From: a virus
DNA: 38,717 bases
IMG/VR virus record: IMGVR_UViG_3300029671_000007
Strand: one strand, 5' to 3'
This document shows, in pieces, positions 37,492 through 38,717 of the stretch. A model generated the notes under the pieces. The model had not been told where the DNA came from. It saw only the letters and a program-made list of their open reading frames with translations, and did no database searches. How positions within the stretch are numbered: the stretch's first letter is position 1; the number at the start of each line of letters is the position of its first letter. The translations under genes and the position numbers were made by a program.

Positions 37492-38604
37492 ATGACTGAC
37501 CAGGAAAAGCTATGGGCTAAAAGGCGGGCGAAGGCCGCGAAGCTATCCGGCCCGAAACCCGTCGAGCTGCCCTCCCACTCCTGGCGGTGCCAGGTGATGG
37601 TGGACGGGCGCCGGATCTCCGTCGTGGACGACGACCCGGAGGTTGCACATGCGAAAGCGCTGGCAATCAAAACGGGGATGCTGGTGAGCAAGGACAAAGA
37701 ACAAAAGGTGACGGTTGACGAGGCGATATCACGCTATATCCAGGCTGGAGAAGGAGCGCTGTCGCCTACAACGATACGAGGCTATGAGACGATGCGGAAG
37801 CACAGGTTTCCTGGCCTCATGAGCAGAGACGTACATACAATCACGCGCCTGGACGTGCAACGCGCCGTCTCCGACGAGGCAAAGAAAGTATCCGCGAAGA
37901 CCATAAAGAACGCCTATGGGCTCCTGACCGCGGTGCTGAAAGACTATGGGGTGGACGTGTCCGGCGTAAAGCTGCCCCAGCGGGTGAAGAGGCAAAAGCA
38001 ATATCTTACTGTGGAGGAAGTCGTGAAACTTATCGACTGTGCGGTGGGTGATCCGTGCGAATTGCCTATTGTTATGGCCGTATGGCTGGGCATGAGACGA
38101 TCGGAGATATGCGGTCTGTATTGGGATTGCGTTGACTTCGATGGTGGCAAAGTGGAGGTCCGGCGGGCTATGGTGCCGGACAAAGATAACAAATGGATTA
38201 TAAAGGAATACCCAAAGAACGAAGGTTCGCAGCGGCTTGTCGGATGCCCGGATTATATCATGGAGAAGCTGCGGGGCATGTACCATGGGCAGCAGGGGAG
38301 AGTATTCCAGTGGCACCCGGACACTGTGCGAAAGCATGTCCATGCCATCTGCAAGCGGGCCGGAATAACGGACACCACCGTGCACGGGCTCCGACACGCA
38401 AATGCAGCTATTATGATATTGCTCAATGTGGTGGATCAGTACGCCATGGCCCGAAATGGATGGACTAGCGATTACACCTTTAAGCAGATTTATGGTTATG
38501 TGTTCCCCGACGGAGCCCAGGAAACAGACCAAATCATAAACGCATTTTTGGAGGAGAAACTAAAATTGCACACGGATTTGCACACGGAAAACAGTGGAGA
38601 TTAG
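37492..38604 (+). CDS. int: Tyrosine recombinase (phage integrase), 370 aa
   Basis: Catalytic signature: R (LGMRRSE), H-x-x-R (HGLRHANA) and Y (IYGYVF). The N-terminal arm-binding-like domain reads SHSWRCQVMVDGRRISV. The SD is AGGAGGG. Confidence 0.95.
   Translation: MTDQEKLWAKRRAKAAKLSGPKPVELPSHSWRCQVMVDGRRISVVDDDPEVAHAKALAIKTGMLVSKDKEQKVTVDEAISRYIQAGEGALSPTTIRGYETMRKHRFPGLMSRDVHTITRLDVQRAVSDEAKKVSAKTIKNAYGLLTAVLKDYGVDVSGVKLPQRVKRQKQYLTVEEVVKLIDCAVGDPCELPIVMAVWLGMRRSEICGLYWDCVDFDGGKVEVRRAMVPDKDNKWIIKEYPKNEGSQRLVGCPDYIMEKLRGMYHGQQGRVFQWHPDTVRKHVHAICKRAGITDTTVHGLRHANAAIMILLNVVDQYAMARNGWTSDYTFKQIYGYVFPDGAQETDQIINAFLEEKLKLHTDLHTENSGD
38566..38588 (+). promoter_or_regulatory. Tandem TTGCACACGGA repeats (candidate arm-type sites) inside the 3' end of int
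   Basis: TTGCACACGGA at 38566-38576 and 38578-38588, a 12-bp period. They are related to the TTACACACGGA tandem at 169-192, and the two pairs flank the att core in the circular form. Confidence 0.4.
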
Positions 38605-38618
38605 AGCTGCAATGGATA

Positions 38619-38717
38619 TATAGATTTTTTGGGTGGGTTCAAATCCCTCCTTCTGCGCCAGAATGAAAACCCCGTAGCTGTAATGGCTGCGGGGTTTTCT
38701 CTTACTCTCCCAATGGA
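38619..38717 (+). repeat. 99-bp terminal direct repeat, copy 2 (attR, or assembly overlap of attP)
   Basis: Identical to 1-99. It includes the tRNA-like fragment (38633-38660) and the terminator hairpin (38666-38702). Confidence 0.9.

Noticed and set aside
1-38717. The terminal repeats as transposon ends or LTRs, and a search for a CRISPR array, IS elements, rRNA or a canonical defence system (RM, CBASS, retron, Abi, TA).
   Set aside because: The repeats are direct and tRNA-derived, next to a tyrosine integrase, so they are att-type and not inverted transposon ends. No transposase, reverse transcriptase, Cas, cyclase or nuclease-NTPase gene is recognisable. The only RM-like element is the orphan methyltransferase.

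Overview
The window is one complete temperate phage or prophage genome with a unique length of 38,618 bp. The host looks like a high-GC Firmicute, probably Clostridia: GGAGG-type RBSs and XkdX, XhlA, ImmA, Sak4, Gp157 and DUF551 proteins. It is bounded by identical 99-bp direct repeats (1-99 = 38619-38717). These carry a tRNA-Ser-like 3' end plus a terminator and sit next to a tyrosine integrase.

Layout:
(i) A leftward accessory operon (1980->416: 43-aa ORF, J-domain protein, two unknowns) with its own sigma70-like promoter and two terminators, divergent from a small RHH regulator.
(ii) A rightward late operon, 2580-23218: terS, a 1.7-kb protein-free gap with an embedded tRNA-Gln(UUG), a small Cys-rich protein, terL, portal, scaffold, capsid with an Ig-like tail, a short tail set with no tape-measure or tube genes, tail fibre, XkdX, a three-domain endolysin, a 502-aa repeat protein, a 1625-aa giant virion protein, holin and XhlA.
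(iii) A convergent leftward early operon, 34699->23386: Cro-like and HTH proteins, Gp157, Sak4-like ATPase, DUF669 SSB-like protein, replisome organiser with iteron-like repeats, G39P-like loader, RuvC-like resolvase, orphan DNA methyltransferase, Lar-like protein, two DUF551 proteins, many Cys-rich small proteins and a sigma factor.
(iv) An immunity region with a 537-bp non-coding stretch, a cI-like repressor and a convergent, overlapping ImmA-like protease.
(v) A membrane-anchored moron and the integrase.

I see no rRNA, CRISPR array, transposase or IS, and no recognisable multi-gene defence system.

The most interesting signal is the 1.68-kb highly structured non-coding region between terS and terL (2976-4653). 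It contains the tRNA and is a candidate giant ornate RNA, either ROOL/GOLLD-like or new. The second is a roughly 300-nt unit bounded by a promoter and a terminator in the immunity region.

All functional calls come from motif recognition by eye. None is backed by a database search.
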